A stretch of 64,000 bases of DNA from an uncultured virus (IMG/VR IMGVR_UViG_3300034082_000137) (lineage: Duplodnaviria > Heunggongvirae > Uroviricota > Caudoviricetes), in the IMG/VR virus record IMGVR_UViG_3300034082_000137; one strand, 5' to 3'. The notes beneath the pieces are model-generated. The model made no database searches. It was given only the letters and a program-made list of their open reading frames with translations, and was not told where the DNA came from. The translations under genes and the position numbers were made by a program. Below are positions 15,165 to 24,953 of the stretch, in pieces (position 1 is the stretch's first letter; each line of letters opens with the position of its first letter).

Positions 15165-16987
15165 ACATCATTACCCTAGACTTTGAGACCTACTACTCGC
15201 AGGAGTTTAGTCTCACCAAGGTTACCAACGAGGAGTACGTGCGCTCTGCGGAGTTCGAGGTTATCGGTGTTTCAGTACAGGTAGATAACGGTGAGCCCGA
15301 GTGGTTCACTGGGACGATGGAAGACACGGCTGCGTTCCTAAAGACATACGATTGGGCAAACTCCCTAGCCCTAGCGCACAACGCTGCGTTCGATGCGTCA
15401 ATCCTGACGTGGGTGTTTGGCATTAAGCCGAAGGGCTGGCTGGATACTTTGTCGATGGGCAGGGCACTGCACGGTACTGAGGTGGGTGGTAGCTTGGCTG
15501 CACTAGCGCAATACTATGGGGTGGGCGTAAAAGGTACCGAGGTCATCATGGCTAAGGGGCTGCATCGCAAAGACTTCCCCGCCGACCAGCTTGCGAGGTA
15601 CGGTGAGTACTGCTGTAACGACACGGAAATGACGTATGCGATATTCCAAAAGATGAGCGTTGACTTCCCGCCGATTGAGTTGCGCTTGATTGACATAACC
15701 ATCCGCATGTTCTCCGAGCCGTCACTGTACCTAGACACAAGGATACTGAATTCCCACCTACGGGATGTCAAGGAGAAGAAGGCGAACCTGCTTGGCAAGA
15801 TGATGATCGAGAAAGATCAGTTGATGAGCAACCCACAGCTAGCCAAGATACTTGAGGACTTGGGCGTTGTTGTGCCTATGAAGGTGAGCCCTGCTAACGG
15901 TAAGCAGACGTATGCGTTCTCCAAGACTGACGAAGGCTTCAAGGCATTGCTTGAGCATGAGAACGTACTTGTACAGGCCATCGTAGCCGCTCGGCTTGGG
16001 GTCAAGTCAACCATCGAGGAGACACGGACAGAACGCTTTATTGGGATTGCAGCCCGAGGAGCCATGCCAGTTCCCCTCCGTTATTACGCTGCCCACACAG
16101 GCCGTTGGGGTGGTGACGACAAACTGAACCTACAAAACCTGCCACGCAGTTCACCGCTAAAGTATTCCATCGTTCCCGCCGACGGCTACGTAATCCTAGA
16201 CTCAGACTCATCGCAGATCGAAGCCCGTACTTTGGCGTGGCTAGCGGGGCAAGACGACTTGGTGGATGCGTTTGACCGTGGCGAAGACGTTTACAAAATC
16301 ATGGCGTCGGCTATCTACGGCAAGGACATTGCGGAGATCACCAAGGACGAGCGGTTCGTTGGTAAGACTACCATTCTTGGCGCAGGGTACGGCATGGGCG
16401 CAGCAAAGTTTAAGTTGCAGCTAAAGAACTTTGGCGTTGAAGTTGAGTTGGACGAGGCCAAGCGAATCATTGATACCTACCGTGCTACATACCCTAAAAT
16501 TGTTGCGCTATGGGCGGCGGCGAATAATGTACTTAAAGCTATGTTGCGTAATGCGCAGACAAGTTTGGGGCGAGACGATCTGCTAAACGTAGACGGGAAA
16601 GTTGGAATCCTCTTACCCAATGGCCTACGCCTGAAGTATCCAAACCTACGCCTACGTGAGGATGAGGAATCCGGTAAGGTTGAGGTTGTGTACGACACCA
16701 AGAAGGGCAGAGCTGTTATCCCCAACCGTATTTACGGCGGGAAGGTAATCGAGAACGTATGCCAAGCCCTAGCCCGTATCGTAATCGGCGAGCAGATGTT
16801 GCAGATTGCCAAGAAGTACAAGGTTGTGATGACGGTGCATGATGCTATTGCAGTGGTAGTACCCAAGGCCGAGGCCGACACCGCCAAAGAATTTGTCGAG
16901 ATGTGCATGCGCATGCGCCCGAAATGGGCACTCGAGTTACCCCTCAACTGCGAAGCAGGGTATGGAGATAGCTATGGAGCCTGCTAA
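15161..16987 (+). CDS. polA: Family A DNA polymerase with 3'-5' exonuclease domain
   Basis: ExoI LDFET, AHNAAFD, HTGRW, motif A DSSQIEAR, motif B RxxxKxxxLxxxYG, motif C VHD. Confidence 0.96.
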   Translation: MNIITLDFETYYSQEFSLTKVTNEEYVRSAEFEVIGVSVQVDNGEPEWFTGTMEDTAAFLKTYDWANSLALAHNAAFDASILTWVFGIKPKGWLDTLSMGRALHGTEVGGSLAALAQYYGVGVKGTEVIMAKGLHRKDFPADQLARYGEYCCNDTEMTYAIFQKMSVDFPPIELRLIDITIRMFSEPSLYLDTRILNSHLRDVKEKKANLLGKMMIEKDQLMSNPQLAKILEDLGVVVPMKVSPANGKQTYAFSKTDEGFKALLEHENVLVQAIVAARLGVKSTIEETRTERFIGIAARGAMPVPLRYYAAHTGRWGGDDKLNLQNLPRSSPLKYSIVPADGYVILDSDSSQIEARTLAWLAGQDDLVDAFDRGEDVYKIMASAIYGKDIAEITKDERFVGKTTILGAGYGMGAAKFKLQLKNFGVEVELDEAKRIIDTYRATYPKIVALWAAANNVLKAMLRNAQTSLGRDDLLNVDGKVGILLPNGLRLKYPNLRLREDEESGKVEVVYDTKKGRAVIPNRIYGGKVIENVCQALARIVIGEQMLQIAKKYKVVMTVHDAIAVVVPKAEADTAKEFVEMCMRMRPKWALELPLNCEAGYGDSYGAC

Positions 16988-17621
16988 AGTTTGTAGTAAG
17001 TGCAAGGTGGAGAAGGCCACCACTGAATTTACACGCCGCAAATATGTCTACAAGGATGTGGAGCGGTGGGGCTACAAGGCATGGTGCAAACCGTGCCGCA
17101 CGTTAGACAGCAAGTTAGCCCGTGAAGCTAACTTAGAGAAAGCCCGTGCTAGAACAAATGAGTTGCACGCGCAACGTATGGCGCGTATGACGGCGGAAGA
17201 AAAAGAAGCGCACAACGCCAAAAATCGGGGATGGCGTAATGACTGGAGAAAGAAGAATCCCGAGAGAGTAAAGGAACTGAAACGCAAGGATAGGGAAATC
17301 CATAGAGAGCGTATAGCCGCAAAAAAAGCAGCCGATGCAAAAACAGAACATGGACGTGCCTTGGATAAAGCTAGGAGAGAACGGTATTGGGCAGCACACC
17401 CGGAGCGGGTACGTGCATTAGCTAGAGCAAGGAGCGGTAAACGCGCCCCCATAGAAAAGGAGAACGCCAAACAAAAACGAATAAAGTTATCAAAAAGTTA
17501 TGTAGCGCAATTACTTTGCCTACCTACCGCTGTAGTACCCCCGGAACTTATTGAGGCTGAGCGCCTTAGAATTTTTATTAAACGCAAACTAAAGGAACTT
17601 AAAGATGAACCACATCAGTGA
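16974..17621 (+). CDS. Zn-ribbon / charged helical protein without a visible nuclease core
   Basis: CSKC...CKPC N-terminus followed by K/R/E-rich helix. Confidence 0.7.
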   Translation: MEPAKVCSKCKVEKATTEFTRRKYVYKDVERWGYKAWCKPCRTLDSKLAREANLEKARARTNELHAQRMARMTAEEKEAHNAKNRGWRNDWRKKNPERVKELKRKDREIHRERIAAKKAADAKTEHGRALDKARRERYWAAHPERVRALARARSGKRAPIEKENAKQKRIKLSKSYVAQLLCLPTAVVPPELIEAERLRIFIKRKLKELKDEPHQ

Positions 17622-17802
17622 ACTAACAACAGAACTTTCTGCACTCTACACAGGGTTAAAAAACGGTACGGTTGACGTAAAGATCGCCACCGAAATGAAC
17701 AATACTGCTGGTAAGATAATCAACACCCAACGAGTACAGTTGGAATATGCGGAGTTGTGCAAACAGCAACCTAACATTGTTTTTATGAAGCCCAAAGAAT
17801 GA
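17605..17802 (+). CDS. Hypothetical protein (65 aa)
   Basis: AAGGA RBS, overlaps neighbours. Confidence 0.75.
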   Translation: MNHISELTTELSALYTGLKNGTVDVKIATEMNNTAGKIINTQRVQLEYAELCKQQPNIVFMKPKE

Positions 17803-18473
17803 ACTCTAATCCGGTGGTTTGGTCGTTCAGTTCGCTGAAAACATTTCAGCAATGCCCTCGCAAGTACTACTACGCTAAGGTTGCACCGGACAGGATTCGG
17901 GAGCCCGACACCACAGCAACGCTTTACGGCAAAGCTGCGCATACGGTAGCAGAGGATTACATCGGCAACGGAACACCTGTACCACCGCAGTTCGCATACC
18001 TGAAACCCCTGCTGGAGCAGCTAAACGCTATCCCCGGCGAGAAGCTAGTCGAGGTGAGGCTAGGGCTTACTAAAGACTTACAAGCCTGTGACTTTGACGC
18101 ACCGGATGTTTGGTGGCACGGTATTGCCGACTTGGTAATCATTAACGAGGAGAAGGGCTTAGCCCATTCCATCGACTACAAGACAAGCAAGAACGCACGG
18201 TACGCAGACGTGAAGCAGCTTGACCTAGTGGCTGCGGGGATTTTTGCTCGCTGGCCTAACATTGTTAGGGTGAAGTCAGGATTGCTGTTCGTGGTCAGCA
18301 AGGAGTTTATTAAGGCCGAGCACTACGTGGATATGAAGGACGTGTACGTAGCTGCACCAGCCAAAGATGTTGCAAGAATTGAGGCGGCGTTGGAAAATGG
18401 GGTTTGGAACCCAATCAGCGGCCCACTGTGTAAGTTTTGTGCAGTCAAAGACTGTGAATTTAACCGGAGCTAA
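17799..18473 (+). CDS. Cas4-like / RecB-family PD-(D/E)xK exonuclease
   Basis: WSFSSL..F.QCP, GIAD, IDYKT, QL motifs and C-terminal CKFC....C. Confidence 0.88.
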   Translation: MNSNPVVWSFSSLKTFQQCPRKYYYAKVAPDRIREPDTTATLYGKAAHTVAEDYIGNGTPVPPQFAYLKPLLEQLNAIPGEKLVEVRLGLTKDLQACDFDAPDVWWHGIADLVIINEEKGLAHSIDYKTSKNARYADVKQLDLVAAGIFARWPNIVRVKSGLLFVVSKEFIKAEHYVDMKDVYVAAPAKDVARIEAALENGVWNPISGPLCKFCAVKDCEFNRS

Positions 18474-18475
18474 CC

Positions 18476-18757
18476 ATGCCATACGTAAACAAACCTCGCC
18501 CCTACAAGAAGGAATACCAGCAGCAAGTCGAACGAGGCGAAGCTCCCACCCGTGCGGTGCGACAGAAAGCCCGTGACGCTATGGATGCTAAGGGTATCGA
18601 CCGTACAGGTAAGGACATCGACCACGCTATCCCCCTGAGCAAGGGCGGTACTAATGCGCCGAGCAACTTGAAGTTGAAGAGCCCCAGTGCCAACCGTTCA
18701 TTCAGCCGCAACTCAGACCACACGGTCAAGGTGAACAAACCCAAGAAGAAAAAATGA
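18476..18757 (+). CDS. Short HNH endonuclease
   Basis: DIDHAIPLSKGGTN..SNL......NRS. Confidence 0.85.
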   Translation: MPYVNKPRPYKKEYQQQVERGEAPTRAVRQKARDAMDAKGIDRTGKDIDHAIPLSKGGTNAPSNLKLKSPSANRSFSRNSDHTVKVNKPKKKK

Positions 18758-18918
18758 CAGACGAAGGCATTTGGCTTTTGCTTTTTGGTAGAGAGTGGGT
18801 AGCACTAGAATCTTTAGAGATAGAAGAACAAGACCCCCTCTTTACCCGCCTTGCCCAAGCTAAAAAGCTAGAAGTCAATGAAAATTTTGAGTGCGTTAGA
18901 TTTAAGGAAAAAGAATGA
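18754..18918 (+). CDS. Hypothetical protein (54 aa)
   Basis: Read from the sequence; ATGA overlaps at both ends. Confidence 0.65.
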   Translation: MTDEGIWLLLFGREWVALESLEIEEQDPLFTRLAQAKKLEVNENFECVRFKEKE

Positions 18919-20303
18919 GCCTAGCAGAATACGGATGGCCTCGCCCACATGGGTTCACACCATTCGACCATCAGAAGATCACAGCAGAATTTCTTACAAC
19001 GAACCGCAAGGCGTTTTGCTTTAACGAACAAGGTACTGGAAAGACTGCATCAGTTATTTGGGCAGTCGATTATTTGATGCAACGAGGGCTGCTAAAGCGA
19101 GTACTAGTCGTTTGCCCCTTGTCGATTATGAAGTCAGCTTGGCAGCAAGACCTGTTTAAGTTTGCTATACACCGTACAGTCTCCGTGGCCTACGGTAGCG
19201 CAGCTAAGCGCAAGCAGATCATCGCCGGTGATGCCGAGTTTGTCGTCATAAACTTTGACGGGTTGTCTATTGTTAAGAACGAAGTCTTAGCGGGTGGGTT
19301 TGATTTGATCGTAGTCGATGAAGCCTCTGCGTATAAGAACGCACAGACAGACCGTTGGAAAGTATTGCGTGACCTGAACAAAGTAATCAAGGGCTTGTGG
19401 ATGCTGACGGGCACACCTGCTGCTCAGTCCCCTGCGGATGCCTACGGTTTGGCTAAGCTGGTTAATCCAACTGCGGTGTCTCCGTTCTTCGGGCAGTTCA
19501 AAGATACCGTGATGAACAAGGTAAGCCTGTACCGCTGGATACCAAAGCCTGACGCACAGAAAACCGTGCACCGTATTCTTCAACCTGCCATAAGGTTTGA
19601 GAAAGCCCAGTGCCTAGACTTACCTCCTGTTACGCACGTAGACCGTGAAGCCCCGCTGACGCCCCAACAAAACAAGTTCTATCAAGTGCTTAAGAAGCAG
19701 ATGCTAATGGAAGCTGCAGGTGAAGAAGTCTCTGCGGTAAATGCTGCGGTGCAACTGAGCAAGCTGCTGCAAATTGCTGGCGGTGCTGTCTATACAGATA
19801 CCAAGGAAGTCATTGAGTTTGACGTATCCAACCGACTAAATGTGGTGCAGGAAGTCATCGACGAATCTAGTCATAAGGTACTCGTTTTTGTACCCTTTAC
19901 CCATACCATAGAGCTGCTAAAGAAGCACCTCGAAAAGAACAACATAACGTGTGCTGTTATCAACGGTTCCGTCAGTGTAAACGCTCGGTCTAACATTGTT
20001 AAGGACTTCCAAACCACCGACATGGTTAAGGTTCTAATCATCCAGCCGAAGGCCGCATCCCACGGGTTAACACTTACTGCCGCCGACACAATCATCTGGT
20101 ACGCTCCGTGTACAAGTGTTGAAACTTACCTGCAAGCCAACGCTCGTATTGATCGACCGGGACAACTAAACAACATGACCATCGTGCACATTTCAGGTTG
20201 CCCTGTGGAGACAAAGGTCTACTCGCTGCTGCGTAGCAACATCGGTAACCACCAAAAAATAATTGATTTGTACAAACAAGAAATTTCTTCCGAAAGCCCT
20301 TGA
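18915..20303 (+). CDS. SNF2-like superfamily 2 helicase
   Basis: QGTGKT, VVDEAS, LTGTP, HGLTL, QANARIDRPGQ. Confidence 0.93.
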   Translation: MSLAEYGWPRPHGFTPFDHQKITAEFLTTNRKAFCFNEQGTGKTASVIWAVDYLMQRGLLKRVLVVCPLSIMKSAWQQDLFKFAIHRTVSVAYGSAAKRKQIIAGDAEFVVINFDGLSIVKNEVLAGGFDLIVVDEASAYKNAQTDRWKVLRDLNKVIKGLWMLTGTPAAQSPADAYGLAKLVNPTAVSPFFGQFKDTVMNKVSLYRWIPKPDAQKTVHRILQPAIRFEKAQCLDLPPVTHVDREAPLTPQQNKFYQVLKKQMLMEAAGEEVSAVNAAVQLSKLLQIAGGAVYTDTKEVIEFDVSNRLNVVQEVIDESSHKVLVFVPFTHTIELLKKHLEKNNITCAVINGSVSVNARSNIVKDFQTTDMVKVLIIQPKAASHGLTLTAADTIIWYAPCTSVETYLQANARIDRPGQLNNMTIVHISGCPVETKVYSLLRSNIGNHQKIIDLYKQEISSESP

Positions 20304-20327
20304 CAATGTACAATGTTGTGCTAGACT
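20300..20327 (+). promoter_or_regulatory. Sigma70 promoter (P5)
   Basis: TTGACA-16 bp-TAGACT with TGTGC extended -10; the -35 contains the helicase stop codon. Confidence 0.7.
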
Positions 20328-20356
20328 AAGAACATAAACAACTAGGAGTGAGAAAC

Positions 20357-20779
20357 ATGGACAACGAAGTTCAGGGGGAAAAGACCCCTCCAAACCTTGC
20401 GCAGCTTACTGAAATCTACATCAAGATACGTGATGCAAGAGCAGAGTTAAAGGGCAAGTTTGAATCAGAGGACTTGGGCCTCAAAGAACAAATGGGTCTG
20501 CTAGAGACCTCCATGCTTGACGCATGCAAAGACATGAACGCCGACAGCGTTCGTACCCCACACGGCACGATCATTCGCTCAGTTAAGTCACGGTACTGGA
20601 CGAACGATTGGGATTCAATGTACGACTTCATAGAGAAGCATGGTGCATTTGGCCTGTTAGAGAAACGACTTCATCAAACCAACATGAAAGACTTTCTCGC
20701 TGAGAATCCTGACGTTCTGCCTATGGGCTTGAATGTTGACAGTGAATATACCGTGGTAGTTAGACGTTCTAAATCTTGA
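20357..20779 (+). CDS. Conserved phage replication-module protein
   Basis: AGGAG RBS; coiled-coil N-terminus and DW..YDFI motif. Confidence 0.8.
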   Translation: MDNEVQGEKTPPNLAQLTEIYIKIRDARAELKGKFESEDLGLKEQMGLLETSMLDACKDMNADSVRTPHGTIIRSVKSRYWTNDWDSMYDFIEKHGAFGLLEKRLHQTNMKDFLAENPDVLPMGLNVDSEYTVVVRRSKS

Positions 20780-20789
20780 AAGAAACCAA

Positions 20790-21686
20790 ATGAGCAACCT
20801 TACAGTACTCGACCAAGCCGTCCCCGACTTCCTGCAAGCCAGCGGAGTTAGCGACCTCACAAAATCCCTGATGGGCAACACAGGCACCAAGCGTATCGTT
20901 CCTAAGAACGGTATCTTCCGCAAGGAAATTGGTGGCAAAGAGATGGGCAAGGTGAAGGGTGACCTCAACGTCATCATCGTCAACTCATCTCCCAAAGTCG
21001 GGCGTATCTTCTACGCAAAGACATGGACACCTGATGCCGAGCCAACTGCACCTGACTGCTTCTCCAATGACGGTCAAGCTCCTGATGCTAAAGCGGGTAA
21101 CCCACAAGCTGCTCGCTGCGACAACTGCGAGCGCAACATTAAAGGTTCAGGCCAAGGTAACTCCAAAGCTTGCCGCTACTCTCGCCGTATTGCTGTTGTG
21201 CTTGAAGATGATTTTGGCACTGCGCTTGAAGGTGAAATCTATCAAATGAACTTGGCATCCAAGTCTTTGTTTGGAGAGAGCCCTACCGAGAACACACACA
21301 TGTTCGAGAGCTACGTTAAGTACTTGGGCAACAACGGTAAGAGCCTTGACTGGTACATCACCCGTCTGAGCTTCAACGAAGACAATGACAATCAGTCTAT
21401 CCTGTTCACACCTGTTGAGCATATCAAGCGTCCGCAATATGACGTGGTTGCTAGGGTAGGTAATACACCTGCGGTACAGAAGCTGATGACCATGACCCCG
21501 TATGAGGCGCAAACATCGGGCGCACAGAAACTTGCTGCACCTGCTGCGAAACCAGTAGCCGAAGCTAAGCCTGTTGAAGACGCGATTGAAGAGCCGAAGA
21601 AACGTGAGAGCAAGAAGGCAGATGTCGCCCCCTCACCTAAGAGAGACCTTGATTCCGTGCTTAAAGCATGGGGCGATGAGGAGTAA
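20790..21686 (+). CDS. Putative single-stranded DNA-binding / recombination protein
   Basis: Position in the replication module, Cys cluster, flexible A/P/K linker and acidic-aromatic C-terminus WGDEE. Confidence 0.55.
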   Translation: MSNLTVLDQAVPDFLQASGVSDLTKSLMGNTGTKRIVPKNGIFRKEIGGKEMGKVKGDLNVIIVNSSPKVGRIFYAKTWTPDAEPTAPDCFSNDGQAPDAKAGNPQAARCDNCERNIKGSGQGNSKACRYSRRIAVVLEDDFGTALEGEIYQMNLASKSLFGESPTENTHMFESYVKYLGNNGKSLDWYITRLSFNEDNDNQSILFTPVEHIKRPQYDVVARVGNTPAVQKLMTMTPYEAQTSGAQKLAAPAAKPVAEAKPVEDAIEEPKKRESKKADVAPSPKRDLDSVLKAWGDEE

Positions 21687-21689
21687 CGC

Positions 21690-21935
21690 ATGAGCTACGG
21701 ATACAGCCAGCGATTAGTGGATGCCAATAATAAGGCTGATGCTAATTCGTGCGGCGTGTATTTGGGTAGGCGTTGTATCAAACTTGGCGTTCCTGTTAGC
21801 AACGTAGCACACGAGCTCGGCGTAAGTCGGGCAACTGTCTACAACTGGTTTTGGGGGCTAGTAGCACCCAGTCCTACTCATGCTGACAAGATCGCCGAGT
21901 TTATACGCACTCTCAGAAACAACAAATATGTCTAA
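21690..21935 (+). CDS. Cro/XRE-like HTH protein
   Basis: VSNVAHELGVSRATVYNWF. Confidence 0.85.
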   Translation: MSYGYSQRLVDANNKADANSCGVYLGRRCIKLGVPVSNVAHELGVSRATVYNWFWGLVAPSPTHADKIAEFIRTLRNNKYV

Positions 21936-24777
21936 TTTCAATCTACTTGACGCAGTGCTTCCCACTGAGGGGCGTTACTGTGTACTAGGGGTTGGGCGGT
22001 ATGTAGATCAGCAGTTTGTCGATACTCGAGAAGAGCTAGACGAGATTGCAGCGGACTTTGTAAGCAGGAATGTAGATGCGTATTTTGGGTGTGCCAAGTT
22101 CGGCCCCCTGAATAAGCGGGTGCATGAAAACGCTACTTATTTCAGAGCGGTGTGGATGGACATTGACTGCGGCCCTACAAAGGCTGTGCCCGATAAACGG
22201 GGTATCGTCAATGGGTACATAGACCAAGCCACAGGGCTAGCTGAATTTAAGAAGTTCTGTATTGCAGTCGGCCTACCGCAACCAATCTTGGTGAGCTCAG
22301 GGTATGGCATCCATGCCTACTGGCTGCTCGAGGAGACTATATCTCGTCGGGAATGGGAACCGTTAGCCGAGCGGCTGCGGGAGCTGTGCGTAGAGCAAGG
22401 CTTCATAGTTGACCCATCTGTGTTTGAGGCTTCTCGTGTGCTGCGCATCCCGGGCACATTTAACTTCAAGCAGGAAGAACCGAAGCTCGTCGAAGTACTT
22501 AACGAGAACAGTGCTCGCATCCCGTATGCGCAACTGAAAGAATTGTTAGGTGCAGCCGAGCCCAAACCTGATCGCCCTGACTTCATACCTCAGTCGATGA
22601 GCCCCATGATGGAAGCGTTGTTGGGCAACAAGGTAAAGCGGTTCAAGACAATTATGATGCGCTCGGCTAACGGCACAGGCTGTAACCAGCTACTCAACTG
22701 CTACGAGAACCAAGCGACCATTGAAGAACCGTTGTGGCGTTCTGCGTTATCCATTGCTACGTTTTGTATCGACCGAGATACCGCCGTACATAAGATTTCT
22801 AAAGAGCACCCGGGTTATGACCGATACGAGGTAGAGCTAAAAGTAGAGAACCTGTTAAAGAACGGTGGGCCACATCACTGCGCTACGTTTGAGAAGTTAA
22901 ACCCAACAGGGTGCGATGACTGCCCCCACAAAGGGAAGATCAAGTCACCAATTGTTTTGGGTATTGAGATAGAAGAAGCAGACGCAGAAGACAACGAAGT
23001 AGAAATAGTTACCGAGGAAAGCACCGAGATAGTAAGCATCCCTGAGTATCCGTTCCCGTTTTTTCGGGGTAAGAACGGTGGTATTTACCGCAGGGCAGAA
23101 GATGATGAGGGAGACCCAGCACTAGTTTACGAACACGATTTGTACGTGGTGAAGCGGATGAGAGACCCGTCAGCGGGTGAGATGGCGCTATTCAAATTGC
23201 ACCTGCCGCACGATGGGGTTAAAGAATTTGCCATATCCACGGCAGTTATATCCGCGAAGGATGAATTACGAAGGGTGCTAGCACAGAACGGAGTGGTTGC
23301 ACATCAAAAGCAATACGAGAACTTAGCCAGCTTTGTGGTTACGTTTATTAAAAATTTACAGTACGTTAGGAGAGCAGACATTATGAGAACACAATTTGGA
23401 TGGATAGATAAGGACAGTAAGTTCATCATGGGTGACAGAGAGATTACTAAGGACGGTGTGTTTTACAGCCCACCGACTAAAGCAACAGAATTTTTTACCC
23501 CTAACATTCACCCCAAGGGCGACTTTGACAAATGGAAAGAAGTCTTTAATCTGTACGCACTACCGGGCATGGAGCCACATGCGTTTGCAGCACTCACAGC
23601 ATTCGGTGCGCCGCTTATGCCGTTTACTGGTTTGGACGGGGCTATTCTTAACGTGATTTACGAAGAGGCGGGTTCAGGCAAGTCCACCATCTTGCGTATG
23701 TGCAACAGTGTGTATGGCGAGCCTAAGAAGATGATGGCGATTGAGAAGGACACAATCAACGCAAAGATGCAGCAGTTAGGTGTTATGAACAACCTACCAA
23801 ACACCATCGACGAGATTACCAACATGCGCCCCAAAGACTTCTCAGACTTGGCTTACGGCATTAGTCATGGCAGGGGTAAGAACCGTATGGTCGGGTCAGA
23901 AAACGCAATGCGCCTCAACAACACTACATGGAAGAACATGACGCTGGCATCGGCTAACGCTAGCTTTCACGAGAAGCTAGCTGTGTTTAAGGATACACCG
24001 GACGGCGAGTCTGTGCGTTTGATGGAATACAAGATTGAGCCCAACAATGTCATCGGCGTAGCCCGTGGTAAGGAAATGTTTGACCACCAATTGCAGGATA
24101 ACTACGGTCACGCAGGTGAGGTTTACATTAGCTGGCTGGTAAATAACTTAGAGGAAGCTAAAGGATTGCTTAAAAAGGTTCAGGCCCGCATCGACAAAGA
24201 AGTTCAGTTTACAAGCCGAGAGCGTTATTGGTCAGCACAAGCAGCATGCAACATCACTGGGGGTTTGATTGCCCGTAGCCTTGCACTGCACGACTATGAC
24301 ATGGGCAGGGTCTACGCTTGGATGAAGACCATGTTGGCTGAAATGCGCTTTGATGTAAAACCACCCAAGGCAAACCCAGTCACCGCACTCGGCGAGTTCA
24401 TCAATACCTATATCTCCAACGCCCTCGTGGTCAACGGTGAAGTTGATGCCCGAAGCAACCTGCCGACTATGCCGATACTGGAACCCCGTGGAGAGTTACT
24501 GATACGCTACGAGCCAGATACCAAAGAACTGTACGTGGCAGCAAAACAGTTCAAAGAATTCTGCGTTAAGCAGCAGACCAACTACCGCAATACCATAGCG
24601 GAGCTTACAGCTATGGGTGTATTTATTGAGTCCACGAATAAGCGGATGTCAAAAGGTATGCGGGTTGTGTCCCCTCCAGTGCGTGTACTACGGTTTAACG
24701 CATCTACATCCGAGTTCTTACAAATGGATACGCTGATAAAGCAAGATGAAAATAGAGACAGTCTCGTATCAGATTAA
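21928..24777 (+). CDS. Primase-helicase (AEP/RepB'-like primase, DUF927-like domain, P-loop helicase)
   Basis: WMDID, SSGYGIHAYW, RVLRIPGTFN, Cys cluster, GSGKST, TIDEIT. Confidence 0.88.
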   Translation: MSNFNLLDAVLPTEGRYCVLGVGRYVDQQFVDTREELDEIAADFVSRNVDAYFGCAKFGPLNKRVHENATYFRAVWMDIDCGPTKAVPDKRGIVNGYIDQATGLAEFKKFCIAVGLPQPILVSSGYGIHAYWLLEETISRREWEPLAERLRELCVEQGFIVDPSVFEASRVLRIPGTFNFKQEEPKLVEVLNENSARIPYAQLKELLGAAEPKPDRPDFIPQSMSPMMEALLGNKVKRFKTIMMRSANGTGCNQLLNCYENQATIEEPLWRSALSIATFCIDRDTAVHKISKEHPGYDRYEVELKVENLLKNGGPHHCATFEKLNPTGCDDCPHKGKIKSPIVLGIEIEEADAEDNEVEIVTEESTEIVSIPEYPFPFFRGKNGGIYRRAEDDEGDPALVYEHDLYVVKRMRDPSAGEMALFKLHLPHDGVKEFAISTAVISAKDELRRVLAQNGVVAHQKQYENLASFVVTFIKNLQYVRRADIMRTQFGWIDKDSKFIMGDREITKDGVFYSPPTKATEFFTPNIHPKGDFDKWKEVFNLYALPGMEPHAFAALTAFGAPLMPFTGLDGAILNVIYEEAGSGKSTILRMCNSVYGEPKKMMAIEKDTINAKMQQLGVMNNLPNTIDEITNMRPKDFSDLAYGISHGRGKNRMVGSENAMRLNNTTWKNMTLASANASFHEKLAVFKDTPDGESVRLMEYKIEPNNVIGVARGKEMFDHQLQDNYGHAGEVYISWLVNNLEEAKGLLKKVQARIDKEVQFTSRERYWSAQAACNITGGLIARSLALHDYDMGRVYAWMKTMLAEMRFDVKPPKANPVTALGEFINTYISNALVVNGEVDARSNLPTMPILEPRGELLIRYEPDTKELYVAAKQFKEFCVKQQTNYRNTIAELTAMGVFIESTNKRMSKGMRVVSPPVRVLRFNASTSEFLQMDTLIKQDENRDSLVSD

Positions 24778-24940
24778 CTGGGCACGGTTTAGGCCGGGGT
24801 ACTCTTTCTTTGTACCCTGCGTAGATCATCGCGCAGCCCGAGAGTCTATTGGTACCACAGCTCGCCGACTAAAGATGAAGGTAGTCACGAAAGTAGTACT
24901 TGTAGAGGGTATCAAAGGCTTGCGAGTTTGGCGCGTTTGA
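24746..24940 (+). CDS. Hypothetical small basic protein (64 aa)
   Basis: Last ORF of the + arm; SFFVPC and GLRVWR motifs. Confidence 0.7.
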   Translation: MKIETVSYQINWARFRPGYSFFVPCVDHRAARESIGTTARRLKMKVVTKVVLVEGIKGLRVWRV

Positions 24941-24948
24941 GTTAAAGT
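24920..24948 (+). promoter_or_regulatory. Candidate sigma70 promoter for a small RNA
   Basis: TTGCGA-17 bp-TAAAGT with no downstream + strand ORF. Confidence 0.55.
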
Positions 24949-24953
24949 AAATC

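Noticed and set aside
16893..17621. HNH homing endonuclease call
   Set aside because: No HNH, EndoVII or GIY-YIG catalytic motif visible
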